This document shows, piece after piece, positions 18,801 to 27,113 of a stretch of DNA of 64,000 nt. The translations under genes and the position numbers were made by a program. Under the pieces are notes generated by a model. The model was given only the letters and a program-made list of their open reading frames with translations, had not been told where the DNA came from and did no database searches. The stretch comes from a virus, in IMG/VR virus record IMGVR_UViG_3300015371_000006, positions 32,001 to 96,000 of that record; one strand, 5' to 3'. Every line of letters starts with the position of its first letter. Positions within the stretch are counted from its first letter, which is position 1.

Positions 18801-20346
18801 GCTGGTATTGCCTGACCGCCTGTTGGAAGCCCTGGCCGCCGCCGCCCACCTTGTCGGCGATGGCCGATCCCAGGCCACCGGAGGCCGAGCGGATGAACTG
18901 GCCGCCGCCGGTCCGGCCCTTCGCGGCGCGCGGGTGCTTCTTTTCGAAGTCGCCTCCGGCCGACTGGCCGTCGCGGCCCTTCGGCTTCTTGCCGTAGTTC
19001 ATCCCCCAGCGCGTGGTCCCGAAGGGCGTCGTGATCGACTTCGTGCGGAACTCCTCCACGTCGGCGATGCTCTCCTCCAGCTTGTCGCCGTTCTTGCCGT
19101 GGCGCTTGAGCAGCGCCCACGTCTCCGGCCCGATGGCCCCGTCGGCCTTCAGCCCGTAGCGGCGCTGGATGCGCTTGACGCCCTTCTCGGTCTCCGGCCC
19201 GAAGCGCCCGTCCGGCCCGGCGTCGCCGACGTAGGTGCCCATCGCACCCATCGCCTCCTGGGCGGCCTTGACGGAGGGGTCGCCCTCGCCCTGTCCGACG
19301 CCCCGGCCCTTCGCCAGCCAGACGTTCGCGCTGGGCGTATCCGTGGGCGTATCCGTGGGCGTATCGTCGGCGTCCGCGTCGCCCTCGGGCTCGCTCGGGT
19401 TCGCCTCCTCATCAGGATTTCCCCCATTGGGGGAACCGGCGCGCAGCTTCTCCACGTCCTCGGGCGAGGTGCCGCGCATGGCGATCCGGGTCTTGTCGCC
19501 CAGCACGCCGTCGGGCTTCAGCTCGTGGTCGCCCTGAAAGCTCTCGACCGCGCCCTTGGTCTCCTCGCCGTACTCCCCGTCGACGCCGACGTCGTAGCCC
19601 AGCGTCTTCAGCCTGGCCTGGGCCTGGCCTACGAGTTCCCCGGACCCTCCCTGCTTGAGGGTCAGCCCGTCGCTATGTGCCTCGGTAGGGCGGCCTCGTG
19701 GGCTACGCGCTTTGACCTTGGACATGCGCCGCTCTGCATCAGCGACCGGGTCGTCCTTGGCCTCGCGTACCTCCCCGCCCAATTCCTTGGCGAGAGCACG
19801 AAGCTCGGTTGCCTCGGTCAGCAGCGCTCTCGCTGCCTGCGCCTGAGCGCGGGGTTCGGCCGGTGGGCCACCCATCTGCACGATCCGCACGGATTCGCTG
19901 AGCGGAGTTTCGATCAGCTCGGGGACGGCCTTGACCAGTCCCGCCTTGCCCGTTGTCCTCGGTTCGCTGAGCGGTCCCAGCGCGCCCTCGATGACGACCA
20001 GCCGCGCTTGCACCTCGCGCAGCACCCGCGCCGCCTCCTCGTCGCTGAGGATCAGGTCGGCGACCTCGGCCTCGGTCAGCTTCTTGCGCGAGTGCTTCAG
20101 TCGCCCCGGATCGAACTTGTCGAGCAGCACGGCGCAGCGGCGGTTCGCGTGATCCTTGCTGAGCCCGTGCTTGACCTGGTCGCGCACGCAGGACGTGAAC
20201 GGGTGCGGTTTCGCCAGGTAGTGCTTCGCCAGCGGCGCGATCTTCTTCGTGTCGCCAGGGGTTACGTCCGCCGTGCCGGGCTTGCTGAAGGTCTCCACCT
20301 CTTCGAGGTCACGCCTCTCGGGCGGCTGTTGCTGCGCCTCGGCCAC
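12823..20346 (-). CDS. giant modular (polyvalent) protein: 3 peptidoglycan-binding domains, Zn ribbon, DUF6582-like domain, 13 (G)QxSP motifs delimiting small modules
   Basis: PG_binding_1 signatures (VDGEYGEETKGAV..FQ...DGVLG; DGRFGPETEKGV..IQ...DGAIG; QYQRENGLMVDGIVG); CPECG..CKKCG; DSDFALPDRRYPIHDEAHARNALAR. Start placed at GTG 20346, 6 nt after TACGAT. Confidence 0.8.
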   Translation of the reverse strand: MAEAQQQPPERRDLEEVETFSKPGTADVTPGDTKKIAPLAKHYLAKPHPFTSCVRDQVKHGLSKDHANRRCAVLLDKFDPGRLKHSRKKLTEAEVADLILSDEEAARVLREVQARLVVIEGALGPLSEPRTTGKAGLVKAVPELIETPLSESVRIVQMGGPPAEPRAQAQAARALLTEATELRALAKELGGEVREAKDDPVADAERRMSKVKARSPRGRPTEAHSDGLTLKQGGSGELVGQAQARLKTLGYDVGVDGEYGEETKGAVESFQGDHELKPDGVLGDKTRIAMRGTSPEDVEKLRAGSPNGGNPDEEANPSEPEGDADADDTPTDTPTDTPSANVWLAKGRGVGQGEGDPSVKAAQEAMGAMGTYVGDAGPDGRFGPETEKGVKRIQRRYGLKADGAIGPETWALLKRHGKNGDKLEESIADVEEFRTKSITTPFGTTRWGMNYGKKPKGRDGQSAGGDFEKKHPRAAKGRTGGGQFIRSASGGLGSAIADKVGGGGQGFQQAVRQYQRENGLMVDGIVGHQTATALLSGGEAAQVTPGALTPQDKRKLRKRLLGNKPAADTSTPEPKLTDAERNKRRKKRNARNPQRDQSLAEADTKAEKEGKGDETTEQSVKCPECGTEQSARNADCKKCGHSLSKARDEKFKAKAAANKKEVEEGTLTAAARKKRPDSDFALPDRRYPIHDEAHARNALARVSQHGSADEKKKVRAAVKRRYPNIDVQEAACELLEASLRGAARKTSELAARIARIRRLPDGTFAPEGRGRVLRPGDSVSLGGSRGKVTPDGKSVMVAGHKLQLSPPSLQAAPSEEADAAVRSLAPQRRALERRKRVPSTGKAPELPKLDYDAALEKMRADSYQASPGLSDHDMLRQLAKKRSRIDTHMSDAEMDDVVSMIKMTDGNLAADVAKNGVNKENTRRVFGNLAKSLRNKTIIDPEDLDLIVKLRDAKPGGQRSPGEALSKDEIVGDLDYLWPGEEQSYGLTWVKAREDGLVDVHYADGSVGEGYDPPRAAEAVLDDQDYLARKQANDYARAKGAHNRRLASGGVSSMPPLGQRSPTMTLGGTPEHESIQRSIRQIRSRTSANAEMRDKQIAQLLSRVAEKRELTKGEKRQLKNAGGSVPVTTGPLGQASPGGKLSREERDAAARAAYPVGTNITTKVARIGGQEDLVQGEVVDHKFGQLRVKTDNHGTLVVPLDKVETSDQEVEPPPGFTDSMGGQHSPGQASPGTGKKKLGWTKGWEGDTSKARYVWGSMDKLINADSQSWADKYGTAAVDNDGNRFMIYGNSGYGGITTNGKAYRVGKDGKRESEAFMTASGGKPEIYARLGATAPDKSGKRFIPQGRTDQASYDYTDEPGMLAWAFTKEQLQSALDEDDGDAVMLKFDYEEMVPRPAVEAALAIQKTGQWSPGSSPGSGRLEVRKERGGKLDEYVWDRPGPEPGLTGGRVVAQRAGRGWYIYEGDPQTVGSTGSVRGRPMSDAQFAATYPDLRRFAGGQASPSSSLSREDALDAAEKLAVGDEVAVAPNAVIARDDEHSYVITDLEGTFVFGDAKTPDDVAELHDELANEAARDEAVDREIDDRKMGQRSPAMKVVDPKAAQSREKLQADLKAKHFPKADEVNVNEAQGVVEVWKDGRAQLYRLPGQQSPGYPGFLAGGAKAQAAANKADAARAKRQEAEGTGIWAKANPWPDPMKLPDAVDEGVGLGVHPLAKGTGVIFGKDGQASPKLWETEIAKVEAQGKDADGEFIDDLAGDVQSDWFPVVAEHDDYRAQEYVDLLQRLEDALDTVHGNPKGTSRGLYSDEDRFDNEIADAAADMLDPNYGQYSPGLAVGTQYEVTLLKNGAELDRFGETQLNSGAKLERTPDGINISSGGVTGRVQTFPVNAVMLADALDRSPPDVSAVLLPAWDEYANGSDKKASAKVLSELGGLKLGQASPGSVPDGFTPNTSSTELGEVPVGTKFIHDGYGYVVHKANGNWVIAKPIDPSTGEILTSDPAPSKYQGEKRRIFHYRMPPGAFGDMHPDYSDEWSVTPAAPLPVNPESPVRSAKGNIRNVKAMNDGKLKNLWADMSPYAHADPDGYAAVQTEMESRGFTTGAPAPVAAPVSASAPEPAPKPTPAPVAAQTAGNDDDLYDLLKKSVASVGAKSGDPAGDAPPASYIEPGAKADAADKALYDAPDLGMFSPEGNLAVDRMVKAIVNAEPGEREMMLKGTMDIISSDHPEVNDTAVRDEIATALKAEGVPLSDVGWIDLTLDKGGPTPSGEDPLAGLGDQPKPGTTPDFTPGEPEPGDDQKVSPAYSAKGNLRNIPKMSDAKLAGLADQMVGYEDKDPWAAQQVNNELEARGMDSVLADAKAAKIEAKAFADHGEPPAEEPTPTAAPNMSDRVATLNDAEPGHTETLPNGTQIVKTKSTYLVVKPTPGESYDSPEVYKDAKAAVDRADEWDAEPEVTEADQRLADAAQSLGPDWNAAAVQSALAQLATQGIDLDPAVENADTLVAVIKAAGLKP

Positions 20347-20374
20347 GTCGTCATCGTAACCGCGCCCTGGGCGG

Positions 20375-20584
20375 CTACCCCGGTTGGACTTCGATCCGTA
20401 GCGGCGTGTTGCCCGGTGCGGTGACGTGGATGATCCGGCGGCGGTGCTCGGTGCGGACCTCGCTGATCTTGATATCGGGGTCGGCGACCAGCGCCTGCTC
20501 GACGCCACTGAAGCCCCGGTTCAGCCGCTCGCGCGTGTCAGGCGGCGACGAGGAGGTCTTCGTCTCGGGCGTCGATGAGTCCAT
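20375..20584 (-). CDS. hypothetical protein
   Basis: Short ORF in the operon. Confidence 0.45.
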   Translation of the reverse strand: MDSSTPETKTSSSPPDTRERLNRGFSGVEQALVADPDIKISEVRTEHRRRIIHVTAPGNTPLRIEVQPG

Positions 20585-20837
20585 CGATGAGGGCGTTGAT
20601 GTCGAGCGGGGAGCCGATCCCGAGGTAGCAGCTCTCCCACGCCGGTCGGGTGTCTAGGAGGACGCGCTTCCATTCATGGCGGTTCTCCTTGTCGTGGGGC
20701 CAGACGATTCGTTGCTGGGCGATCCGCCAAGCGTGGTCGAAGGCGAGGCCCTTGCGCTTCATCCGCACCAGCTCCTCGCAGAGCTGTCGGGGCGGGGGAA
20801 CGCTCCTACGCCTCGCCTGTTCCAGCTCCGTTGCCAT
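20538..20837 (-). CDS. hypothetical protein
   Basis: MATELEQARR...; GGAGGG upstream. Confidence 0.55.
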   Translation of the reverse strand: MATELEQARRRSVPPPRQLCEELVRMKRKGLAFDHAWRIAQQRIVWPHDKENRHEWKRVLLDTRPAWESCYLGIGSPLDINALIDGLIDARDEDLLVAA

Positions 20838-21012
20838 CTCTGCCCTCCAGCTGCAGTCGCGTGTCATTGCGATACGTGCGGATGACGCCGAGGGTGTCGG
20901 TGAGGTCGCGCTCTAGGACCGACAGTGCGCGGTCGCGCTCTGCGGGGTCGGTGAGGGTCGCCTGCGTGCGCTCGACGTGTGCCCGGAGATCCTTCAGCAC
21001 CTGCGGGGCCAT
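20806..21012 (-). CDS. hypothetical protein
   Basis: Short helical ORF. Confidence 0.5.
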   Translation of the reverse strand: MAPQVLKDLRAHVERTQATLTDPAERDRALSVLERDLTDTLGVIRTYRNDTRLQLEGRDGNGAGTGEA

Positions 21013-21028
21013 GTGCGCGAGATAGTAG

Positions 21029-21229
21029 CTAGCCGTCGGACGGAATGGGGCCGTCTGTCGGAATGTCGGAGTGGTAGATGGAGCGAGTCGCCTGCCAGCG
21101 GTTCGGTGCGTCGTCGAAGACTTGCTCGGCGATGGTGCGCGCCTTGTCCCATCGGTCGCGGTTCTCAGGCGTCACCACGAAGGGCGGGTACTCCTCGGGT
21201 TCGGCCGCTGGCCGGGCCTCATCTGCCAC
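21029..21229 (-). CDS. hypothetical protein
   Basis: GTG start 6 nt after TACGCT. Confidence 0.5.
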   Translation of the reverse strand: MADEARPAAEPEEYPPFVVTPENRDRWDKARTIAEQVFDDAPNRWQATRSIYHSDIPTDGPIPSDG

Positions 21230-21255
21230 CCGGCCAGCGTACCGTTCTCGTCGGC

Positions 21256-21789
21256 CTACCCCTTCGGCTCGCGGTTGCCGAGCCGCACGCAGTCGCCGCA
21301 CCACTCGGTGCCGTTGTCGATCACGGCGTCGGGGTCGGTGGTGTCGATCTCGTCGCCGCAGCCGTCGCACATGGCGAAGCCGTGCGGCTCGCGGTCGAGC
21401 ACCGGCCAGTCCCACTCCATCTGGAAGCCGTCGCTCTCGACGCCCTCCCGGCCCTCGCGCTCGATGGCGAGCAGCCTGCCCCACACGGCGCTGTAGGTGC
21501 CCGCGCGCTCGTATCCGCAGCGCTGTCCGACCGCGTTCTTGAAGTTGTCGTAGTCGATGTCCCATGCGAGACGCTCTACGACCTTCGCCCACTCGGCCTT
21601 GGCGAGCACGATCCTTGCGGGGTAGTCCGCGCCCTTGATCCCTTCGATGATCTCCGGGGCCGTGTCGCGCTCCAGCAGCTCGATGAGACGCTCCAGGTCG
21701 GCGCGGGCGCGTGCCCGGACCATCACCAGGGTGTCGTCATCGCGGTGCTCGACGGCGCTGTAGAACCCGATGTCTGTCATCAGCCACAT
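21256..21789 (-). CDS. conserved phage hypothetical protein with C-terminal Zn finger
   Basis: MWLMTDIGFYSAV...VRARAR.DLE...DYPAR...IDYDNFK; CDGC..CGDC. Confidence 0.7.
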   Translation of the reverse strand: MWLMTDIGFYSAVEHRDDDTLVMVRARARADLERLIELLERDTAPEIIEGIKGADYPARIVLAKAEWAKVVERLAWDIDYDNFKNAVGQRCGYERAGTYSAVWGRLLAIEREGREGVESDGFQMEWDWPVLDREPHGFAMCDGCGDEIDTTDPDAVIDNGTEWCGDCVRLGNREPKG

Positions 21790-21791
21790 GG

Positions 21792-22196
21792 CTAGGCCTC
21801 CTGCTTCGCGTCGAGGTGCTCGCGCATCTCGCCGAGCCCGCTGAGGGTCGAGTTCTGCATGCCGTTCATGCTCGGCAGCCGCTGCGAGGCGAAGCCGACC
21901 GCGTCGGCCTGCCGCTCCGCAAGGTGCGCCTGCGAGCCCCGGACCAGCCCCAGGATGTAGTCGGTGTCGTCGCCGTCGTCGGTGACGATCTCGACCGGGA
22001 TCGCCCGCAGCTTGCGCGGCTGCAGGACGTAGCCCTCGACCTGGAACGTGGTGCCGTAGCTGAGGTACTTGTGCTCGTTCGCCTCCTCGTCGGTGACCAG
22101 GGTGCTGGTCGCCAGGAAGATGTTGAGGCTGTCCGCTCCGCTGCCCATGAACTCGCGCAGCTCGGCGGTGTCGGTGATGTAGTCGTTGTTGCTCAT
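21792..22196 (-). CDS. hypothetical protein
   Basis: RBS GAGGA; typical codon usage. Confidence 0.65.
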   Translation of the reverse strand: MSNNDYITDTAELREFMGSGADSLNIFLATSTLVTDEEANEHKYLSYGTTFQVEGYVLQPRKLRAIPVEIVTDDGDDTDYILGLVRGSQAHLAERQADAVGFASQRLPSMNGMQNSTLSGLGEMREHLDAKQEA

Positions 22197-22211
22197 GTTG
22201 TCCTCTCTGCC

Positions 22212-22721
22212 CTAGACCGCGTACTCGCGGAGGTCGGGCATGGTCGGGTCGTTCATGACCTGCTCGGCGCGGTCCGCGCCCTCTGCGGTCAGTTCCTGCT
22301 TCGGCAGCCGCGCCTTGATGTGGATGTCGAAGCCGTGGGCGGGCCAGAAGCGCCTGCCCTCGTCGTCGACCTCCGGCAGGGTCGCGTCCTCGTCCAGCTT
22401 CAGGACGAAGCCGGGGCTGCAGGGGCACATCGAGCAGCCCGCGTGCTGGTCCCACCGGAGGGTGCCGCTGATGCCCAGCTCGGCGAGCGCCACCTTGGCG
22501 ATCTTCCGGTAGAGCGCCGTCGGGCGGCTCGTCCGGTTCGCCATGTTCTCCAGCAGGTTCTCGCCCTCCGGCCAGACGTAGACGCGGGGGGCCTTGTTCC
22601 GGCTGCGCCAGCTGCGCTCGTAGCGCCTGCCGCTGATCGCCGCCTTGACGTCCAGGCCGTCGGCCGGGGTGCGGCGGGTCTTGATCGTCCGGTATCCGTC
22701 CTTGTCGGTGCGTGTGCTCAT
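22212..22721 (-). CDS. hypothetical phage protein (AGCSMCPCSPGF motif)
   Basis: Start at 22721, after GGAGGTTCCCG and the promoter box at 22751-22767. Confidence 0.7.
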   Translation of the reverse strand: MSTRTDKDGYRTIKTRRTPADGLDVKAAISGRRYERSWRSRNKAPRVYVWPEGENLLENMANRTSRPTALYRKIAKVALAELGISGTLRWDQHAGCSMCPCSPGFVLKLDEDATLPEVDDEGRRFWPAHGFDIHIKARLPKQELTAEGADRAEQVMNDPTMPDLREYAV

Positions 22722-22798
22722 CGGGAACCTCCTGTAGTTGGTCGGGCTACTGCTACAGATGGTAGCACATGACGACGGCGGTGATACGGTGGTGCGCA

Positions 22799-23527
22799 AT
22801 GGGGATTGCGGTCGTCAAGCGCGACGTCTGTTCGGTGCCGGACCCGCTTCCGTTCTGGCACGCCGTGGGCGCTGACCGCGTGGACGGCAAGCCCGAGGAG
22901 CAGTCGACGTCGCTCGCCCAGGTCACGCCCAGCCGCATCGACTGGTTCGCCTCCGGGGGCCCCGGCAACCGGCCCTTCCGACGGCTGCGGGTTCTGCCCG
23001 GCGATGAGTGCTTCGGGGAGCGGTGCGAGTTGGGCAACAACGGCCAGCCGACGTTCTTCGTCTATGCGCCCGAGACCTATTCGGTCACCCGCTATCACCT
23101 GCGGCTCGGCCCCTTCCCGCTCGACACCCGGTCGTGGCAGGTGGTGACGCAGTTCAAGCAGGTGCAGCCGCACCCGCGCGAGGACACCAACGGCTCGCCG
23201 ATCCTCGCCATCGAGGCCAACGAGGGGCGCTGGTGGTTGAAGTCGTCGGGCGAGAAGGTGCTCCAGGGGCCGCCCGCAGCGCTCGCGCGGTGGACGTTCC
23301 TGTCGCTGAAGGTGCGCTGGTCGCTGACCGGGGGCCGGGTGCAGTTCATCGTCGACGACTGGCGCTCGGAGGTGCGCTCGATGCGGACGCTGAAGTTCGC
23401 CGCCGAGGCCGGGCGCGGGTTCGCTGCCGGTGATCCGATCCCCTGCCACCTCCGCATCGGTCCGTACCACGCCACGGGGCTGCCCGAGGCCGTGGTCGAC
23501 GTCGCCAACGTCCGCGTGCTGGCCTGA
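22799..23527 (+). CDS. polysaccharide lyase / heparin-lyase-like ConA-fold protein
   Basis: ERCEL...WQVVTQFKQ...SPILAI...HLRIGPYH pattern; no signal peptide. Confidence 0.6.
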   Translation: MGIAVVKRDVCSVPDPLPFWHAVGADRVDGKPEEQSTSLAQVTPSRIDWFASGGPGNRPFRRLRVLPGDECFGERCELGNNGQPTFFVYAPETYSVTRYHLRLGPFPLDTRSWQVVTQFKQVQPHPREDTNGSPILAIEANEGRWWLKSSGEKVLQGPPAALARWTFLSLKVRWSLTGGRVQFIVDDWRSEVRSMRTLKFAAEAGRGFAAGDPIPCHLRIGPYHATGLPEAVVDVANVRVLA

Positions 23528-23534
23528 ACGACAT

Positions 23535-23557
23535 GAGCCCGGCGCGTGGCCGGGCTC
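23535..23557. terminator. hairpin between convergent genes
   Basis: gagcccggc-gcgtg-gccgggctc. Confidence 0.55.
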
Positions 23558-23600
23558 TGTCGCATAGGGGTGCGCAGTCAGGTCGCGCGACCCTATCGCC

Positions 23601-24632
23601 TCATGCAGCGAGCACCAGGTCCAGACCCTTCTGCTTGAGGTTCTGATCCTCGAAGCTCCGCTGCACCTGGTCGGTGCGCTTCGTGACCCGCCGGAAGTGG
23701 TCGGCGAATTCCGCGACCGCGTTCGCGGCCACCCACTTCGTGCCGGGGCTGTTCCCGGTCGTGTCGCCGTCCGGCGCGGTGCCGTTGAAGAGCGCGTTCA
23801 GCAGCTCGCGGTTGTCCTCGCGGTTGCGGATTGCGATCTTGCGGTCGGCGTCGCGCATCTCGGCCTCCTGCGCCTCGGTGAATCCGATCAGCGGCCGGAC
23901 CACCTTCTTGTCGAAGCGGTCGGGGCTCATCGCCTCGCGGGCGAGTTCGTCGCCGAGCTTCTTCATGGCGGCGTTCCAGTTGAGGGTGATGTCCATGACC
24001 TTGCGGGCCTCGCCCAGCTTCTCGGCCATGTCACCCGTGTGCCGGAACTTGTAGGTGCGGGGGCTGTTCTCCGACTTGGAGAGCGCCCATCCGAGGGTGT
24101 TCGCGCAGACGATCCGCACGTCGGTCGCGGCAGCAGTGACCGCCATCGAGCCGTCGTGCGAGTTGGCGCAGTAGACGTAGCGGGCGATCTCGTCGCCGCC
24201 GATCTCCACCAGCTCGGGGATCTTCGCCAGCACCCACACGCGGCGTCCGTTGCCGAGGCTGCCTGCCGTCTCGATCTCGATCTCGCCGCCGAGCAGCGCG
24301 TCGAGCCAGAGGAAGGCGTCGCGGTTCGGGACCACCTTGTAGTCGTTGCTGACGATCCCGAGGACTTCCGAGGTGTCCTCGCGGATGTTCGCCCGCCAGT
24401 TCGCAGCCTGCACGAGGTTGCTCTCCATCTGCGGGACGAAGATGCCGGGCATGCCCTCCTGCGGGGGGAGCGCGACGAACACGTCGCCCTGGTTGACGGC
24501 CCAGGTCAGCTCGGCCTTCTCCAGCGCCTCGTCGATGGACTTCGGATAGTCGTCGAGGACGACGCCGAGTCCGTGCCAGGGCATGCTGCGGACGCTGAAC
24601 ATGCTGTCCGCTTCCTTGATTCCGTGAGCCAT
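23601..24632 (-). CDS. DUF932 family phage/plasmid protein (TIGR03299-like)
   Basis: PWHGLG...LGIVSNDYKVVPN...ETAGSLGNGRRVW...NSHDGS...VRIVCANTL; CCGACCAAGGAGG at 24638-24650. Confidence 0.9.
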   Translation of the reverse strand: MAHGIKEADSMFSVRSMPWHGLGVVLDDYPKSIDEALEKAELTWAVNQGDVFVALPPQEGMPGIFVPQMESNLVQAANWRANIREDTSEVLGIVSNDYKVVPNRDAFLWLDALLGGEIEIETAGSLGNGRRVWVLAKIPELVEIGGDEIARYVYCANSHDGSMAVTAAATDVRIVCANTLGWALSKSENSPRTYKFRHTGDMAEKLGEARKVMDITLNWNAAMKKLGDELAREAMSPDRFDKKVVRPLIGFTEAQEAEMRDADRKIAIRNREDNRELLNALFNGTAPDGDTTGNSPGTKWVAANAVAEFADHFRRVTKRTDQVQRSFEDQNLKQKGLDLVLAA

Positions 24633-24832
24633 GTTGGCCTCCTTGGTCGGTTGACCGGACAGCCTACCAGCAATTTCTTACGGCTATTTATTACTGCGGC
24701 TCAGGGTGCCCGCCAGCCGGATCGGGCAGGCGCGCGCGTGTGAGGTCGTCTCGCGGTCGCAGATGCGGCAGTAGTCGCCGAGGCCGGGGTAGCGGCGGTG
24801 GCCGTTGATCCAGATCCAGTAGAACGCGTCGC

Positions 24833-25264
24833 TCAGCGTGGATCGCCCCATTGCGCCTCCTCCAGCTCGACCTCGCACTCGGGCACGCGCGCGTCGTTGA
24901 GGCCGCGCCGCCAGAACTCCAGCACGCGGATCGGCTCGCTGTTCATCGTCGGGCCGCTTGCGCAGCAGCCCGCGTTGGGCGGGTCGCCGTAGTGCAGCCC
25001 GTTGCCCTTGCGCAGCGCGTTCTCCATCTCGTTGGGGCTCCAGTGGAATCCCTTCGGCCCGAAGTTGCCGGGCGTGTTGCTGATCGCCACCTTGAAGTGC
25101 GTGTGGCAGTTCTGGCAGCGGATCTCCAGCAGCGCGATCTCGTTCGCGTAGATGTGCGCCCCCTCGTCGGGGCCGAACTCGCAGTAGCGGGGCACGCCGT
25201 CCTCGTCCCACCACTTCGGCCGCTCGTCGATGCGGTCGATGATGTCGCGGTAGTGGTGGTGCAT
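24833..25264 (-). CDS. Cys-rich conserved phage hypothetical protein
   Basis: PKWWDEDGVPRYCEF...CQNC...LHYGDPPN.GCC. Confidence 0.65.
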   Translation of the reverse strand: MHHHYRDIIDRIDERPKWWDEDGVPRYCEFGPDEGAHIYANEIALLEIRCQNCHTHFKVAISNTPGNFGPKGFHWSPNEMENALRKGNGLHYGDPPNAGCCASGPTMNSEPIRVLEFWRRGLNDARVPECEVELEEAQWGDPR

Positions 25265-25441
25265 CAGGCCGGGTCGGGCTCGTCCGGCATCATTGCGCCG
25301 ATGTAGTCGAGGCCCAGCTTGATCGGCATGTCCGATCCCTCCCACCAGCCGATCCAGCGGCCGTCGGCGGCGATCCCGACGCGGATGAAGGTGTCGCCCT
25401 CGCCGTCGGTGAAGCGCTCCTCGGTGCAGGCTTCGCTCGGG

Positions 25442-25723
25442 CTAGTCAACGCGCCACCCGGCTTCCAGCATCTCGTCGAGCGTCGCGTATTCGGTCTGCT
25501 CCAGCTTGTCGATCCCGTCGTGGCTTGTGACGTGCTCGGCCAGGTCGTACCAGTTGACGTGGTGCACGCGCGTGAGCCCGCGCCCGAGGATCAGGCAGCC
25601 AAGCGTCGGCCGGTCGGCGCTGTCCAGCTGCGCGAAGTTCTTCATCGGCAGCACGCTGCCCATCGACCAGCTCGCCGGGTTGCGGATGATCTGACGGTCG
25701 CGTGTCGGGTCGGGAAGGCTCAC
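25442..25723 (-). CDS. hypothetical protein
   Basis: Ends YATLDEMLEAGWRVD; GTG start. Confidence 0.55.
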   Translation of the reverse strand: MSLPDPTRDRQIIRNPASWSMGSVLPMKNFAQLDSADRPTLGCLILGRGLTRVHHVNWYDLAEHVTSHDGIDKLEQTEYATLDEMLEAGWRVD

Positions 25724-25931
25724 CCGACCGCCCTGTATTCGACCAGCTTCATCGACGTGCGCTTGTGCGAGGCCCCCGCCGGGCCGGTGCAGGCGTAGCT
25801 GGTGCGCGCGCCGCCGGGCTGCTTGCCGACCAGGCCGCATTCGGGGCAGACGGGCAGCTCGACGCTGCGCGCTGCCTCGGGGACCGGGGTGCCGTTCATG
25901 TGCTCGGTGAAGCGTTCCATCGGCCGCGACC

Positions 25932-26213
25932 CTAGCGCGCCTGCTTGACGCCCTCGTCGGTGGCCCAATAGGCCACGCCGCTCAGCCCGTCCGGGCGCTG
26001 CACCTGGTCGATCAGGCCCTGGCGGTGCAGGCTGGTGAGGCTGGAGATGATCCGCTGCGCCGGGTTGAACACCCGGTGGCCCTTGCCGCGCCCGCCCTGC
26101 CCCCGTCCGCCGTGGACGGGGGTCATGCCGATGCCGTGGGCGATCTGCGCCGGGGTCTGCGCCTGCTCGCGGAGGCTGAGCCAGCGCAGGATGTCGAGCT
26201 GGCGCTCGGTCAC
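25932..26213 (-). CDS. putative winged-helix DNA-binding protein
   Basis: TERQLDILRWL...TPAQIAHGIG...SLTSLHRQGLI...YWATDEG. Confidence 0.55.
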   Translation of the reverse strand: MTERQLDILRWLSLREQAQTPAQIAHGIGMTPVHGGRGQGGRGKGHRVFNPAQRIISSLTSLHRQGLIDQVQRPDGLSGVAYWATDEGVKQAR

Positions 26214-26416
26214 GCCCGCCTCGCTGCCGTGCGCAGGATCGCCGCGCGCTCGTCGTGCGTCTCGCGCTGCCAGCGCATCGCGTCGGCCATGCTCACCCGG
26301 CGGCAGGCCCCGCAGATGTCCTCGCCCTCGCGCGCGAAGCCGTTGCGCTCGCGCGGGATCGGCCGACCGCACTTCGTCCACAGGCTGTTGCCGGGGTAGT
26401 AGGCGTGCTCCTTCAC
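26210..26416 (-). CDS. small Zn-binding hypothetical protein
   Basis: TKCG...CGAC. Confidence 0.5.
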   Translation of the reverse strand: MKEHAYYPGNSLWTKCGRPIPRERNGFAREGEDICGACRRVSMADAMRWQRETHDERAAILRTAARRA

Positions 26417-26492
26417 TTGCGCGCCCCCTGCGGCCCGGCCAGAATTGCGAGGCCCGCAGCTTTGGTCGCCTGCAGGCCCCGCAGGTAGGCCC

Positions 26493-26696
26493 TTACGTAT
26501 GCCGCTTCGTGTGGCGCTTCTCTGCGACCTTCGTATGCCGCTTCGTGTGGCGCTTCGTGTGCCGCTTCGTGTGGCGCTTCTCCTGCGCGGAGGTCACCTT
26601 CGTGTGCCGCTTCGCCGTCGCGGTCGCCCCGAAGGACGCCCCCGTGAAGGCCAGGGCCAGGGTCGTTGCCGCCACGGCCAGACGCTTTCCGAACAT
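26493..26696 (-). CDS. secreted cationic peptide with KRHT repeats
   Basis: Signal-peptide-like N-terminus; 7 KRHT units encoded by 12-bp repeats; RBS GGGAGG. Confidence 0.6.
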   Translation of the reverse strand: MFGKRLAVAATTLALAFTGASFGATATAKRHTKVTSAQEKRHTKRHTKRHTKRHTKVAEKRHTKRHT

Positions 26697-26777
26697 CGTT
26701 CCTCCCGGTTGCGGGGTCGGTTGTCCGGGCCACGCTACTCGGCGGCAGCCCCGCCGTCCAGCCCTTGTGTCGGGGCA

Positions 26778-27113
26778 TCAGACGCGCTCCCACTCTGCGG
26801 CGGCGATGGCGCGCTCGCACGCGGGGCACTCGGTGTCGACGTCGCCCGCGTACTCGCCATGCGTCGGGCAGCGCTGCATCTCGCCGCGAAGCTCGCCGTC
26901 CTCGTCGAGGCGCGCGCGCTCCCACTCGCGCTGCAGGTCGACGAGCGCCTGCGCGGTCGGGTAGTTGGTCGGGCTCGGGCCGGTGAGCCGGTCGCCCGCC
27001 CACTCCACGAAGTCGTCGGCGTGCTCGGCCGAGGCGAACAGCGGTCCGCCGATGGTCTGCCCGGTCGTCGTGTCGTAGAGCGCGAAGGCCAAGTTGTCGG
27101 TGGCGCGGATCAT
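26778..27113 (-). CDS. hypothetical protein
   Basis: ATGA overlap; CPTH...CPAC. Confidence 0.6.
   Translation of the reverse strand: MIRATDNLAFALYDTTTGQTIGGPLFASAEHADDFVEWAGDRLTGPSPTNYPTAQALVDLQREWERARLDEDGELRGEMQRCPTHGEYAGDVDTECPACERAIAAAEWERV

Noticed and set aside
19333-19436. 12-bp tandem repeat (DTPT units) and palindrome ttcccccattgggggaa
   Set aside because: Low-complexity linker in coding sequence; no further support for function.
20347-20508. N-terminal extensions of ORF-track calls (also 32940-33065, 47730-47822, 8286-8741)
   Set aside because: They overlap upstream genes in another frame or look non-coding; better starts with -10 elements or translational coupling lie downstream.
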